Below the pieces are notes generated by a model that saw only the letters and a list, made by a program, of their open reading frames with translations, was not told where the DNA came from and did not search any database. From assembly GCA_002269645.1 (NCBI GenBank), contig NIVC01001332.1, positions 221,196 through 285,195 on the forward strand: a stretch of DNA of 64,000 nt, given 5' to 3'. Position 1 is the stretch's first letter; each line of letters starts with the position of its first letter. Positions 49,463-62,928 of the stretch are shown here, in pieces. The DNA is from Macrostomum lignano (taxonomy: Eukaryota). Made by a program: the position numbers and the translations under genes.

Positions 49463-51009
49463 CAGGGTGACCGCGCTCCAGTAACTTTTTTCTTCCCTGA
49501 CTAAACTAAATTTTCCCTGACACACTAAAAGTAATAGAAGAAGCTCAGTGATAGTTGTGCACAATAATTTTATTGCAACAAACTGTTGCGCATTAAAAAG
49601 TCAGCAATGTTGAGATTAATTTAATTTGAATTGAAGTTGAAACAGCGCATGTATTGGCAATAATTTGTTTGAATTAATAATGAAAAATTAATGCACCGGA
49701 AACTGACCACAAAAAACGTAGTGTTTGATAAAAAATTGCATGAAAAATATCAAGTACTAACTTTTATTGTATGTGGCGCACAGTAAAACAAAGTTAAGAG
49801 ATGTAGCACTGTAGTTAAAATTGAGTTCAATGAGGAATCGTACCTTCAAGTGCTACAATCTCTTTCTCTACCTTCTCCACTTCTTCCTTTTTCTGTTGTG
49901 CAGCACGACGCAGTGCATTTGACTTCACGAGTAGGCTCATGTTTGAATCCGTCTCACATTGGTACACGAGGCTATCCGCATCTTTGGTGAGAACTGCAAC
50001 ATCAAGCAGGAGCTTCTTTTGCTTCGACTGGAGCTCCAGCACCGTTGCATCCTTCCTTTTCCTTGATTCCTCGTATTTCCGATGAGATGCTTCTGCTCGC
50101 TGCTGCTCCAACATGGCCCTGTACCTACTCCTGGCACTTCTCACACTCTTCAACATCTCCTCGGTAACTTTCGCGATGATTTCAGCGGCAGTCTTTCCCT
50201 TTTGCCACTCGTACACAAGTCGGAGAGAACGAATGCTCAATCCCTGAAGATTTGGTTCTAGGCACTCTTTGTTGACACTGAAGCCGCGCTCAACAGCAGC
50301 ATTCCCATGGAAGGTTGTCAGAACCATCTTCACAATGATCTGCAAATTATTGGTACTCGTTGAATCAGTGAAGAGGGAAGCAAAGAGGACATCAAGTCGG
50401 TCTGACTTATAGTCGAATTGAGACAGCTGAAATCGATGCTCACGAACTGTAACAGTTCGAAACTGGGTGAACTCGGACTTTGCAGCGTCAGCTTCCTGTG
50501 CAGTGATGCGTCCCTTAGTGTAGGCTTCCAGGACAAGCGCATCAAAATCCGCTTGAGCCGGTGATGAGGATGGTGGGTCACTATCCAATTCTGCCACCAG
50601 CACAGAAAAACAAAATATACACCTTTCTATTAATGGCCTGGTTAATATATTATCATAGTATGGACTATATATTTTACTGTCAGTGTGATTAGCACAGCAA
50701 TTATAGATTAGCAATATGTAGGCCTACAAGCCCATAAATTATTCATTTAAGAACAAGTATCTGCCAATTTCAAATAAATACCAGCTTTTAAAAACAAAAA
50801 TACATGGAACAAACAAAACAGATTTACTATTCGAGCTACTTAGTGCTATCGATTAGCCGCTTTCTTGTCTCACAATTTTTTTCTTCAATTTTCTAATTTA
50901 CTTTCAAATTTTCCCTGACTTCCTAAGAATTTCCCTGACTTTCCCTGACTTTCCAGACCACATTTTTTTCCCTGACTTTCCCTGACTTTCCCTGACCGCG
51001 GTCACCCTG
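49463..51009 (-). mobile_element. hAT-like non-autonomous deletion derivative (1547 bp) with 5-bp TSD
   Basis: Perfect 13-bp TIR CAGGGTGACCGCG, AAAAT on both flanks (49458-49462, 51010-51014), subterminal TTCCCTGAC repeats at both ends. Minus-strand ORF 50714-49827 carries HGNAAVERGFSVNK, resembling the hAT C-terminal ERxFS region. Confidence 0.8.
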
Positions 51010-52459
51010 AAAATCTATGGGTTTCAACAGTTTGTACTTTATATAATATAGACCTAGATAGGCCTAGGCCCCTAGTCATCACTAAAATTCAATTTTATAT
51101 AGCAAATAGGCCTAGGCTTTATAATTAAAGGCTTAATTATAGGACCTATATTTTATTTATTTTTTCATTGTTTATATATTTATTTATTTAAATATTTACT
51201 TATATTTATATATTTTACTTATTGTAATTTGGCCTAGGGCCTAGCTAGTGTCAGCAATTTTAGATATTTAGTATATATGCTTTTCCAATTATTGCTTTAT
51301 TGATCTTTTAAAATAAAAGTTCTTAAAAAAACATTTTCTCATTTTACCAGAATCTAGCCTAGGCCAATAAATAGCCTAGCCTTATATAGACCTTATAGGT
51401 CTAGGCCTATATTAAAAGCTTTTTTAGTGTCTAGGCCTCTAATTTTGATAAAAATATGGTTTAAAATAGGTACATACAACTGTCTTCAAAGTTCAAACTT
51501 ATTTGATTTAGCTAATTTGTATATGCCACTATATTATATATATCGATAAATTTAGATTGACCAAAAAATAAAAATAGGCCTAATAGGCCTATGCCTAGGC
51601 CTACTGCCTCTGCCTATAGCTGTACTGTAGCACTAGCAATAGGCTAATAGCTAGGGCCTAATACTAATAGGTGGCAGAAAGCTGATGCATACTGCATAGT
51701 TCGTTTTTTTGTAGCCAAAATTTGTCTTAGTTAGGCCGTAAACTCTAGGCCCCCCTATTTATTATTCAGTAAATGTTTATTCCACCAGTGACTGATACCG
51801 AACCTTGTGAAGTTCAAATAGTTCGCTTAGGCCCAGCTACTTAAGAACGAACGACAACCCCACAACATACCACCTGATCTGACCTGAGGCCAAACCCTAG
51901 CTCGACTGGACTACTAGATCAGATCTTCTTTTGTAAAATATTCTCACCTATGTTGCTTTAAAGACATAAGAAACTTAAAGTCAGAATGGTGATGTTGCAA
52001 TTTAGGCCTAGCTTGCAAAAGAATTTTTCTCGTTCGTTTAAAAAATTCGGTTTTTGTTTTAGTACGCAAAATATAGATTTAAATATGAGCACTTCTGGTC
52101 TAAAGAACTCGGCGGCGCGTCTTCCAAACACCCTTCTGCAATGAACCCGGCCGTTACTGCATGCAGTGGTATGGTTTTTTAGATAGATTAGTCTCGGGAC
52201 TTCTGGTATAAGTATGTGTTTCATGAAGATTTAATTCGTCATTCAGTTGCAGAGATGAACGGCTAACAGGCTATAACGTGACGGACGAAAAATTTTGGCT
52301 TGAACAATGTCCGGTTTAGCCATAATTTCTACATGGTTTACATTATAATACATCCAGTTGACGAAATTCCGGTTGACGAAATGTCCTGGAAACTGAAATT
52401 CAATGTAGGAGCAGTACGAATACGAGCAATTTTACCACAATTTTATGCTAATATCGATC

Positions 52460-52602
52460 CTGGTTCTGGTTCTAGAACTCGAATTTATTCTGGTTCTAGA
52501 ACCGATTGCCGTGAAGAGTCTCGGTGTGATAGTGAGTGAGCTAATTTTCACGGCAATCGGTTCTAGAACCAGAATAAATTCGAGTTCTAGAACCAGAACC
52601 AG
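52460..52602. repeat. Perfect 56-bp inverted repeat with 31-nt spacer
   Basis: Arm 52460-52515 is the exact reverse complement of arm 52547-52602. Confidence 0.93.
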
Positions 52603-55005
52603 TGTGAAATGAGGAGCTTCGAGCCCATTTTATGTTTGACAGTCTTTACAATTTAATTTTGTCGTTCTTTGACTTTGTTTCCTCTTGGATATGACAAAAA
52701 AGGAATAATTATATAACAATAATAAAATTTGACGATTTCAAATATATTTTACTACTGTTAAAGTGTAAACATGACAACGGTTCGAGAAAATTTCTCGAAC
52801 CATATTCTAGAACCAGAACCATGTTCCGGAACTGATTCTGTTTTTCGAACCATCGATATGAAGAGCGTCGAACCAGCGATATGAAGAGGCTCAGTGTAAT
52901 TCGCTAGTGAAACGTGAGTCTGTTCGTCCTTGACGAATAGTCCGGTACCCATTTTAACGATGAGGGTAGGGACGATTATAGTCCACTCAACTACGATTTA
53001 TATTTATCTTCTATCTTCTATCATTTAGATAAGACTCTTTGCAGACGGAAATCGGCAGTTAAAGTACAGCAATATAGGTAATGTAGCTTGCTTGAGTATT
53101 TATAAGTAAATTAGCAAGCAGAAAAACAAAACGAAAGTATTATCAACTTCTTAATAGTTAATTTTTATTTGAATCAATACAATAGGTAAAGACTTTGTTT
53201 AGTACATTACAAATAAATTGCGGGATTTTGAACTGCGCAAAACCACCGAATAAACTTCGCAAAACAAACACTCACTTACTCAGAGTCAGACCTGAGTCCT
53301 GACCAGGCTCCCCTTACATATAGGGGCCTAACCAATCTATAATCATCGTGCTTAGCGATCAGCCTTTCAAAGGCAATTCAACTTTTGCAGCCTAGGAATT
53401 CTGAATTTTCATGCGGTCTAGACAGCAAACAGACAAATATTTCTGACAGTTGACCATATACACTGTACTGTATGGTGACCGTATAAATAACGAAACAAAA
53501 AATGCTAATATAATTCATAAGATACTATCTGGGCCTATGGTCTTTACTTAATGTAACTGTATAAATACCAAAACTGTTATTTTTATCATCACTGCAGGTA
53601 GAAAGCAAAATGGCTTCTTTTACTTTTACAGTCTTGTGGAAGAAATTTTAGTTAAATTACAATGTAATAGTTAACAATTGCCTAAAGTAAGCTACCATGA
53701 CAAGAACCAATAGAAGTTACCATTGTATTTATTTATAACACGTTTCTCTATTTTTTTAATTCAACCATCTTAGCATTTGCACATCAAGTTTGTCACTTAA
53801 TTTAGATGGTAGGCCCTATTTGCTTTAAGTGTTAACTATAGGGCCTAGTGTTCTGCTATAAAAAGGTCCATGTACCATAACTATAGCCATAAGCAAAACT
53901 ATGGGTTATTCCGATTCTCCATATTCCATAGCCGTAGAGACCCTTGTAGTTCTCATAGCCATAGCCATAGTTTTAACAAAAAGTCTAGAAAACAAAATAT
54001 TTTAAATCAAGAAGATAACCTGGTGCTTAAACAACTGCAAATTAAGTTAGAAAATAAAAAAACACTTTATTGCATTTGTAAGATTATATTTTGTCTTTTT
54101 ATAGAGCAACAATACTTAATTGCTACTGAAAGTACTAATGCTAAAAAATTTTACATTAATAAAAATTAGAGTTGCTAGTGCTTTATTGTACTTTATTTGG
54201 TATATTCTATAAGTTCTAAGTTGATAATACAGTTTACTCTACCTGTTTCTGATTTTTTTTAAATTTTTTTAAATTAATAACTACAGCTGCAGGAATCTAT
54301 GGAATGTGACAGCAATTACCATCTTTCCATAGTTGTAGCTATAAGAGCAGCTAGCTACCATAGGCACCTATTTTACCATATTTGCCATAGGATCCCATAG
54401 CCGTAGCTACGGCTACAGTGGAACACTAACCAATACAAAAATCAAAATAAATGCAACTTTTTGATAATAGTATTGAATAAATTTAAAAAACTTTGTTTAT
54501 TATGCAAAATTGAAAGCTATTTAGTTCTGCATTTGCATACATGACTGCATATAGTAAAAAAGACCCTATTACAATGGAACATTAGTAATCAAATTTAGAC
54601 CCCATTGTCTCTACTAGGGGTCCCAACCCATTGTTAGCAGCAGGCTGCATTAGACATAAGCTGAGATGCATAGGCAACAATAATAAGCAAACTCTGCCTT
54701 CTATTAGTCATAGAAGAGTCCTTTATAGGCTTGAATGCCATATACAGTTATCCTATATACTAAAAGTGAGTTTTTTGTATTTATGTGTGCTAAAAAGACT
54801 AAAAATGACTCAGTGGGCTGCATTGGAAAGAGGTTAGTGCCCCTAGTCTACACTGTACAATATGCACACAAGCCTTCACATTTTTCAATAGAAACATATG
54901 AAACATTTTCAGAGGAACGGGGCTGTATCAACATCACAAGTACATAGTATCAACATTGAACACATTCTTATGTTCTATTTTCAGCAGCCACATTGAGACA
55001 GAGCC

Positions 55006-58000
55006 ATGCAAAAGCAAACTGAATTTTATGTAGTAGAGTTTGGCGGTACCTCATGGAATGTGCCAACCAGGTATAGGGACCTGCAGCCTGTTGGTCACGG
55101 AGCCTATGGCAGCGTCTGCTCAGCCTGGGACAATCAGCTCAATCACAAGGTGGCCATTAAAAAGTTGGCCAGACCATTCCAGACTGATATTCATGCGAAA
55201 CGGACTTATCGCGAAATTAAAATGCTCAGGCATATGGATCATGACAATGTGAGTTTTGACTGCTTTGCTAGGTAAATAGTATATTTTAGTTCCTAATCTC
55301 ATTTATCTCAATTATGTCTGTTAGTCTAGTGCAGCTTTACTTCCAATGGCTTCAGCTATGTCACCCCTCTTCTCTTGTCACCCTCTTCCCCTCTGCCACC
55401 CCCTCTTCTCTTGTCACCCTCTTCCCCTCTGCCACCCCTCTTCTCTTGTCACCCTCTTCCCCTCTGCCACCCCTCTTCCCCTCTGCCACCCCTCTTCTCT
55501 TGTCACCCTCTTCCCCTCTGCCACCCCTCTTCCCCTCTGCCACCCCTCTTCCCCTCTGCCACCCCTCTTCCCCTCTGCCACCCCTCTTCCCCTCTGCTTC
55601 CCCTCTGCCACCCCTCTTCTCTTGTCACCCTCTTCCCCTCTGCCACTCCTCTTCCCCTCTGTCACCCCTCTTCCCCTCTGTCACCCCTCTTCCCCTCTGC
55701 CACCCCTCTTCCCCTCTGTCACCCCTCTTCCCCTCTGCCACCCCTCTTCCCCTCTGTCACCCCTCTTCCCCTCTGCCACCCCTCTTCCCCTCTGCCACCC
55801 CTCTTCCCCTCTGTCACCCCTCTTCCCCTCTGTCACCCCTCTTCCCCTCTGCCACCCCTCTTCCCCTCTGCCACCCCTCTTCCCCTCTGCCACCCCTCTT
55901 CCCCTCTGCCACCCCTCTTCCCCTCTGCCACCCCTCTTCCCCTCTGCCACCCCTCTTCCCCTCTGCCACCCCTCTTCCCCTCTGCCACCCCTCTTCCCCT
56001 CTGCCACCCCTCTTCCCCTCTGCCACCCCTCTTCCCCTCTGCCACCCCTCTTCCCCTCTGTCACCCCTCTTCCCCTCTGCCACCCCTCTTCCCCTCTGTC
56101 ACCCTCTCTTCTCCTCTGTCACTCACTGTCACCCCTTCTCTTCCCCTCCGATTATTACCTTGTTCGCTTGCATTAACAAAGTTTACACTAACTATATCCG
56201 TCTCCCACTATATCAGATCATCATCTTGATCGACCTGTTCTCGCCAAACAACAGCCTGGAGACATTCGAAGACGTGTACATGGTCACCCCGCTGATGGGC
56301 GCCGACCTCAACGCCATCGTGCGCACCCAGACCCTGTCTGATGAGCACGTTCAGTTTCTAATCTATCAGATTCTGCGCGGACTCAAATATCTGCACAGTG
56401 CTAATATTATTCACAGGTGACCACTGCTGGTCTATGGTTGCTAATGTTATAATTTACAAATTGTTATTCTTAGAAAAGCTCAGATCCCACAAAAGCGAAC
56501 ACCAAGATCCCATTTTAGCTAAGCTATAATCCCAGATCCTACACTAGCTATAATCCCAGATCCTACACTAGCTATAATCCCAGATCTTACACTAGCTATA
56601 ATCCCAGATCCCACACTAGCTATAATCCCAGATCCCACACTAGCTATAATCCCAGATCCTACACTAGCTATAATCCCAGATACTACACTAGCTATAATCC
56701 CAGATCCCACACTAGCTATAATCCCACGTCCCACACTAGCTATAATCTCAGATCCCACACTAGCTATAATCTCAGATCCCACACTAGCTATAATCCCAGA
56801 TCCCACACTAGCTATAATCCCAGATCCTACACTAGCTATAATCCCAGATCCCACACTAGCTATAATCCCAGATCCCACACTAGCTATAATCCCAGATCCC
56901 ACACTAGCTATAATCTCAGATCCCACACTAGCTATAATCCCAGATCCCACACTAGCTATAATCCCAGATCCCACACTAGCTATAATCCCAGATCCCACAC
57001 TAGCTATAATCCCAGATCCTACACTAGCTATAATCCCAGATCCTACACTAGCCATAATCCCACGTCCCACACTAGCTATAATCTCAGATCCCACACTAGC
57101 TATAATCCCAGATCCCACACTAGCTATAATCCCAGATCCCACAGCTATAATCACAGATCCCACACTAGCTATAATCCCAGATCCCACACTAGCTATAATC
57201 CCAGATCCCACACTAGCTATAATCCCAGATCCTACACTAGCTATAATCCCAGATCCCACACTAGCTATAATCCCAGATCCCACACTAGCTATAATCCCAC
57301 GTCCCACACTAGCTATAATCCCAGATCCCACACTAGCTATAATCCCAGATCCTACACTAGCTATAATCCCAGATCCTACACTAGCTATAATCCCAGATCC
57401 CACACTAGCTATAATCCCAGATCCCACACTAGCTATAATCCCAGATCCCACAGCTATAATCACAGATCCCACACTAGCTATAATCCCAGATCCTACACTA
57501 GCTATAATCCCAGATCCTACATTAGCTATAATCCCAGATCCCACACTAGCTATAATCCCAGATCCCACAGCTATAATCACAGATCCCACAATTATAATCC
57601 CAGGCGTTAGAAAATCCTATCTCAAATCCCCAGACTTATCTCACTCAGTCAATCTGTCATACCTACATTTCTCTCCCCATCTCAATCGCAGGGATCTCAA
57701 GCCGTCCAACATCGCCGTGAACGAGGACTGCGAGCTGCGCATACTCGACCTCGGCCTCGCCCGTCAACGGGACGACGAAATGACCGGCTACGTTGCCACC
57801 AGGTGGTACAGAGCTCCTGAGATCATGCTGCAGTGGATGAAATATGACAGGGTGGTGGACATCTGGTCCGTGGGCTGCATCATGGTGGAGCTCATCAACA
57901 GGCACCCGCTGTTCCCCGGCATGGACCACATTGACCAGCTGATGAAGATCCTGTCTGTAAGTGGCTTGCGGAGTTCTGGGTAGATGGACAAATGAATAGG

Positions 58001-58518
58001 TCCAGATAGATAGATAGATAGATAGATCGATAGATAAATAGATAGATAGATAGATGGGTACATTAATACGAGTAAATTAATATTTATTAAATGGTTGATT
58101 GATTGCTAGACAGACAAACGGACGAAACCTCAAACCGAAACCGCAGGTGACCGGCTTCCCAGAGGACGACTTCCTTAGAAAGATCGAGTCCAGCGACGCC
58201 ATCACCTTCCTGAACAACCAACGGGGCAACATCACCCAGTGTCCCCTGGCCAGCGTCTGCCCGGGCGCCAGTCCGACAGCGCTGGACCTGCTGAAGCGGA
58301 TGCTCACTCTGGATCCCACTAAGCGAGTATCGGCAGCCGAGGCCCTTGAGCACCCCTACCTAGCCGCCTATCACGACCCAGATGACGAGCCGGACGCTGT
58401 CCCCTACTCAGACGAATGGGAGAGTCAGGATCTCAGCGTGTCGGAGTGGCGCCAGCTGGTTTGGGGCACCATCAGCGAGTTCACTGAGCCTCATCTGGGC
58501 TCTCTGGCTAACAATTAA
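55006..58518 (+). CDS. p38: p38 mitogen-activated protein kinase (MAPK14-like), 4 exons, ~359 aa
   Basis: Exons 55006-55248, 56217-56416, 57692-57956, 58147-58518 (GT-AG, in frame). GHGAYG, VAIKKL, HRDLKPSN, DLG, TGY activation motif, RWYRAPE, DPDDEP CD domain. Confidence 0.95.
55350..56130. repeat. 19-bp polypyrimidine minisatellite (CCCCTCTTCCCCTCTGCCA), p38 intron 1
   Basis: Visible units. Confidence 0.95.
56480..57600. repeat. 24-bp minisatellite (AGCTATAATCCCAGATCCCACACT), p38 intron 2
   Basis: Visible units; source of the 356-aa minus ORF. Confidence 0.96.
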
Positions 58519-59580
58519 TTCAGAATTCACCGTATAGAGGACGCGTTGAGTCTGGGCTGCTCCATCGGCTCTAGCTCGAGACGCAATCACTTCTATGTTG
58601 TCTAGATTGAGTACTAATAATTGACATTAATAATATATGAACTTTAGACCATTAAAAATATTTATTGAATTGGGACTGCCTCTATCTAACACTTTCCTAA
58701 TTGCACTTAATGTTTCGCTTATGGTGAATTTTATAGTCCAGATGTCTGGATGGCTAATCCCATTTAAAATTCAAAAAATCCCCATTTATAATCCCTAAAA
58801 TCTTCATTTAAAACCCCTAAAATCCTCATTTAGAATCCCAAAAATTCCGATTAAAATCCGATATTCCCCACTTGTAATCCCAAAAATCCCAATTGTAAAT
58901 TGCCAAAATTCCCATTTAAAATTCAAAAATCCACATTTAAAATTCCCAAAATCCTCATTTGAAATTCAAAAAATTCATACTAGTAATCCCGAAAATCCCC
59001 CATTCAAAATCCCAAATCGCATAAAAATCCATCTCGAGTTGCGGACCTGCTCCTTATTCAAGCTTTTTTAGACCAGCTTATTATTCCCAATCGCATATCA
59101 AGTCCGAAATTTATTTCAAGTTTTTGTTTCAGTCGATTGTTAAGCGCGTGTTTTTTTTTCGATTTTGTTTAAAATTAAGGTCGCTTCGCCCTTTCTTAAA
59201 TTGCGGTTTAAGAGCGTCGTTTAGTACTCGTATATTTTTATATAGTTTCGTTTTAGTAGTAATTTAGGGTAAAAAAATCAATTAGCAAACGTTAGTTTTC
59301 ATTTTTCAACTATATTAATAACCACAGCAAGGTTTTTCAACGTTTAATACTGCTTGGTCACTTTCAATTTCAATACAAATATGGAATCACTACCCGGTTA
59401 CGTAAGTCTCTGTATGACTGCTCCCCTATCTATGAATTTTCTGGAAGCTCACCTACGATATTTATTTTCTTATGTGTGTACATAACTTTTTAGTTAACGC
59501 CCCAGCCTGCTTATATATGACCATATATAGCACATATAACCTATGTACTCATAAATCATAAATCATATTCAAGTAATATA

Positions 59581-61050
59581 CACTCAGCAACATTTAAAAG
59601 TGTCCACCCTTGCGCCAAGGGTCAATGGGCAGCACGATCGATGGTTTCGCCAATTGGTTTTGGGCCATAGACAAATGAGCAAAAAGGGCAGGAAAGTGTA
59701 AAGACCTATATCTGGTGTCACAGGGAAAAGCGTTACAGTAACGAGTGTACAGGATTTTACTGGAGGCATCTGGACGCAGGTGACAGCGATAGCCCGCTAA
59801 ATGACTGATTGGCGCACTCTGCGTTGGCCGTCCAGATCACCGGATATGAACCCGATTGAGCACGTGTGGGATTTCCTAAAGCGCACGATTCGGTGCAACA
59901 ATTTCTATCCCCCCCCCCCAGAACATGGTCCAGCTGCACAATGCGCTTTAAGTCGCGTGGCAACAGCTTCCACAAGACTTTCTGCGGCGCCTTGCTCGGG
60001 AATGCCTCGACGAGTGAGCGGTCTGTTGTACGCTGGTGGTTGCTATACCCTGTTCTGTGCTTTAGACACGTACACAGCGTGGAAATGGGCATGGACTTGT
60101 TTCGCTGCTCATTCTTTGTTGCCTTATTTTGATTGTCTATGGCCCAAACATAGTTAAAAAATCTTTCAATCCTTAATCGTTCAGCTAGTGTAGCCTTTTG
60201 CGCTGCACTTGAGCTTACGGGCAAATCACTTAATCCTAAGTGGCAGAATTACACTGGCGAGGGCAGCTGCCGATCGATTCTATGGTCTCAACTGGTGGCT
60301 AGTGGGCAATTTACTTTAGTCTTGGGGCACAGACTTGATCCATTCATGCTCTATTGCAGTTTGAAAAGCTTTCAATTGGCTGCCCAATAGGTGGTGTTGT
60401 GGCAAGGGTATAATTTTAATCGGTTAATATGAGCAACATATGAGCAAATGAGCAAAGTATGAGCAAATGAGGGAACATAGGCAGGTGGTTGGTTGGCCAT
60501 AAAAAGTGGGAAAATAAACAACAGCAGCTGCAACACAGAAGCGGGTTAGCATTGATTTTGTCAACAAGGTGCTGCATATGGGCAACTGCGAGTTTTGGAA
60601 CTCGGCTGACGCCTTGGCCTTGGAGAATCGATGACAGCGTCCAGTAACTTCGTATTGCCTTTGAATTGACAAAATAGTCTTAAAGTTGACCTGGAACCAT
60701 CGCGCAATGTCGACCGGCCACTCACCCCTGTCTAGGGCGTCGGTGACGAGGTTGTGCTTTTCATCGCTCATCCTTGACCATGGTCTACGTTGTTATCCGC
60801 CTCCAATTCCATCTAGTGCAGTTTCATAGCTAGCATTGCTGGCCTCATCTTCCGAGCTCATGTTGCTGCAAGCCTTAGCGTCTAGTTCACTTTGATAGAG
60901 CATGAATGGATTGAGTCAGTGCCCCAAGGCTTAAGTAACTTGCCTGCTAGCCAATGGTTTGGGCCATAGACTTGATCGGCAGCTGCCCTTGCCAGTGTAA
61001 TCTTGGATCAAGTGATTTGCCCGTAGGCTTGAGTGCAACGCAAAATGCTA
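59581..61050. mobile_element. Rearranged Tc1/mariner (IS630-Tc1) remnants
   Basis: TA|CACTCAGC terminus-like start; plus-strand RWPSRSPDMNPIEHVW (Tc1 catalytic-E motif); minus-strand HTH-like MSDEKHNLVTDALDRGEWPVDIARWFQVNFKTI...YEVTG; ~170-bp diverged inverted repeats at 60185-60356 and 60893-61050. Confidence 0.7.
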
Positions 61051-61784
61051 TATTTTATATCCAGGCTATGATGTAACTGTATTACGGCTATTACCGTTGT
61101 TAGGGGCGCCGAAACAGACATTAGAGGCTTTTTTCCCAACAAATCACACTATTTTGTTAGAACTGATAGCCTCTCGCATGCCCGATTGTTTTGTTTGTTT
61201 TTTATGAAAACCAATAATTTTACAAAGCTTACATTTCTTATATCCCTCTAGTGTAGTTGATATGCCTTGGTATTCATACACTTAATTTATAGTCTCACCG
61301 TTTATTTATTGTACTTATGCTATAACTAGTTCTAGTTATGCTGCTACTGATGAGAGGCTGCTTTGTAAGTAGTATAATTGTTTGTTGTGCCCTATTTTAT
61401 AACTTCCCTAGATGATCTGCTTGTCAACTGTCGTTTGCTTTATCCGCTTTTCGCGCTACTGTTAGCTAGTAGTGTGTTTCGGACGAGCAAGTCTATAGGC
61501 TGCCTTCTGTGGCAGCTTGATATATATATATTTATATACACATTACTGATTAAAATTATTAAATAATCACTTTTGCACAGGTGAATTTTATAGTGGTGTT
61601 GAGACTCGTTCATAATTATTCTTATTGAGAGAATTTGCAAACAAAAAATATAAAAACTAATCCTGTTGATATATACTACTCAATTTGAATCATTATATTT
61701 TCTATTTTCAAATATTTGCTTTTGTTATTTTAGTTCACAAAGTGTGTTAGTTGGCACCAGCGGAATTGACTCTGTCTGTCTTAA

Positions 61785-61825
<41 letters not shown>

Positions 61826-61969
61826 TAATGTCTGTCTGTCTGTCTGTCTGTCTGTATATCTGTCTGTCTGTGTGTCTGTCTGTCTGTCTGTCTGTCTTAA
61901 TGCCTGTCTGTCTTAGTGTCTACTGAGGATAAAATGTGATTAATAATTGATTCTTTATAGACATGCTAG

Positions 61970-62928
61970 TGAAGTACTTGGGGTTTTCTCGAGGTGGCCT
62001 GGTAGGTCTTTGAATCCCACCGCTGCCACCAGTGAATGGAATGGTGTTTTCTTCCCGGTTTAGGCACTTAAGATTACCTTAAGACTCGAGCCTCTTCAGT
62101 GGGAAGTTCTCTCAACTCTCAGTAGCGTAGGTAGTGCTGCCACCAGTTCCTTCAGGTCTCGGCCTTCGATGAGGTGAGCTTCCCGTCGGAACGAAATAAA
62201 CAAGTCAACGAACTCAGCACAGCGTGCAGATTTGCAGATTAATGAACAAGGCGTCCTGATCAGCAGATCCCCGCCGGGCTCAGGGGTGGCTGGGAAGGCA
62301 GTGTTAGCCTCCCTTAGGCTTGGCTTTAGTGGGTCTCAGTCAGACCAGTACAAACGGATTCAGTACGCAAAGGCACTTAGTTAGACACTGACGCACACGG
62401 GATCTTAGTGAATTCTCCGCAGATAAGAAGCCTCCTTGACGGAAACAAGGGGAGAGGGGTCCTATTTATAGCCGGGAAACACCCACGCACAAGACCTCGT
62501 GACTTTTTCTATTTTTAGAACTGACGTCACTTGAGGTCTCCGGCCAGAGTACACGCGGCTGTGACTCAGTTGCTATTTTAGCAACATGAGTCACGCCTCT
62601 CCTTAGAGAAGGGAGGGTTCCGAAAGCACGTGATTCTCCCGGTAAACAGGGCCAACGAGTGCAGTAAACATGTTTACTGCACTTTAGGACTCGAAGAACG
62701 CAGAGTCTGTCATGTGACTTGCTCACATGACAGAGGAAAACGGGACGGGAACGAAACAGAGACAGCCCACAGCAGAGAAGCTGAGGGCTGAGAACAGAGA
62801 CGCAGAAGGGCAGAACAGGCCAAGGGCAGCAACAGACGGGCCAAGGGGGGCGGGAAGCTGACCAGCGGCAGACAGCAACCCAGGCGAGGGCGAGGGAGAC
62901 TGCTGACAAAGTGGGACGCCTAACATCA
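61970..62928. mobile_element. Probable solo LTR (~960 bp)
   Basis: TG...CA termini, imperfect 5-bp flanks GCTAG/ACTAG, TATAAATAGG on the minus strand (~62461-62470), no coding capacity. Confidence 0.4.

Noticed and set aside
53848-54426. TA-flanked MITE
   Set aside because: Only 6-8 bp of terminal inversion; may be chance.
55314-57589. Long Pro-rich and Gly/Ile-rich ORFs in p38
   Set aside because: They coincide with intronic 19-bp and 24-bp minisatellites; the kinase is complete without them.
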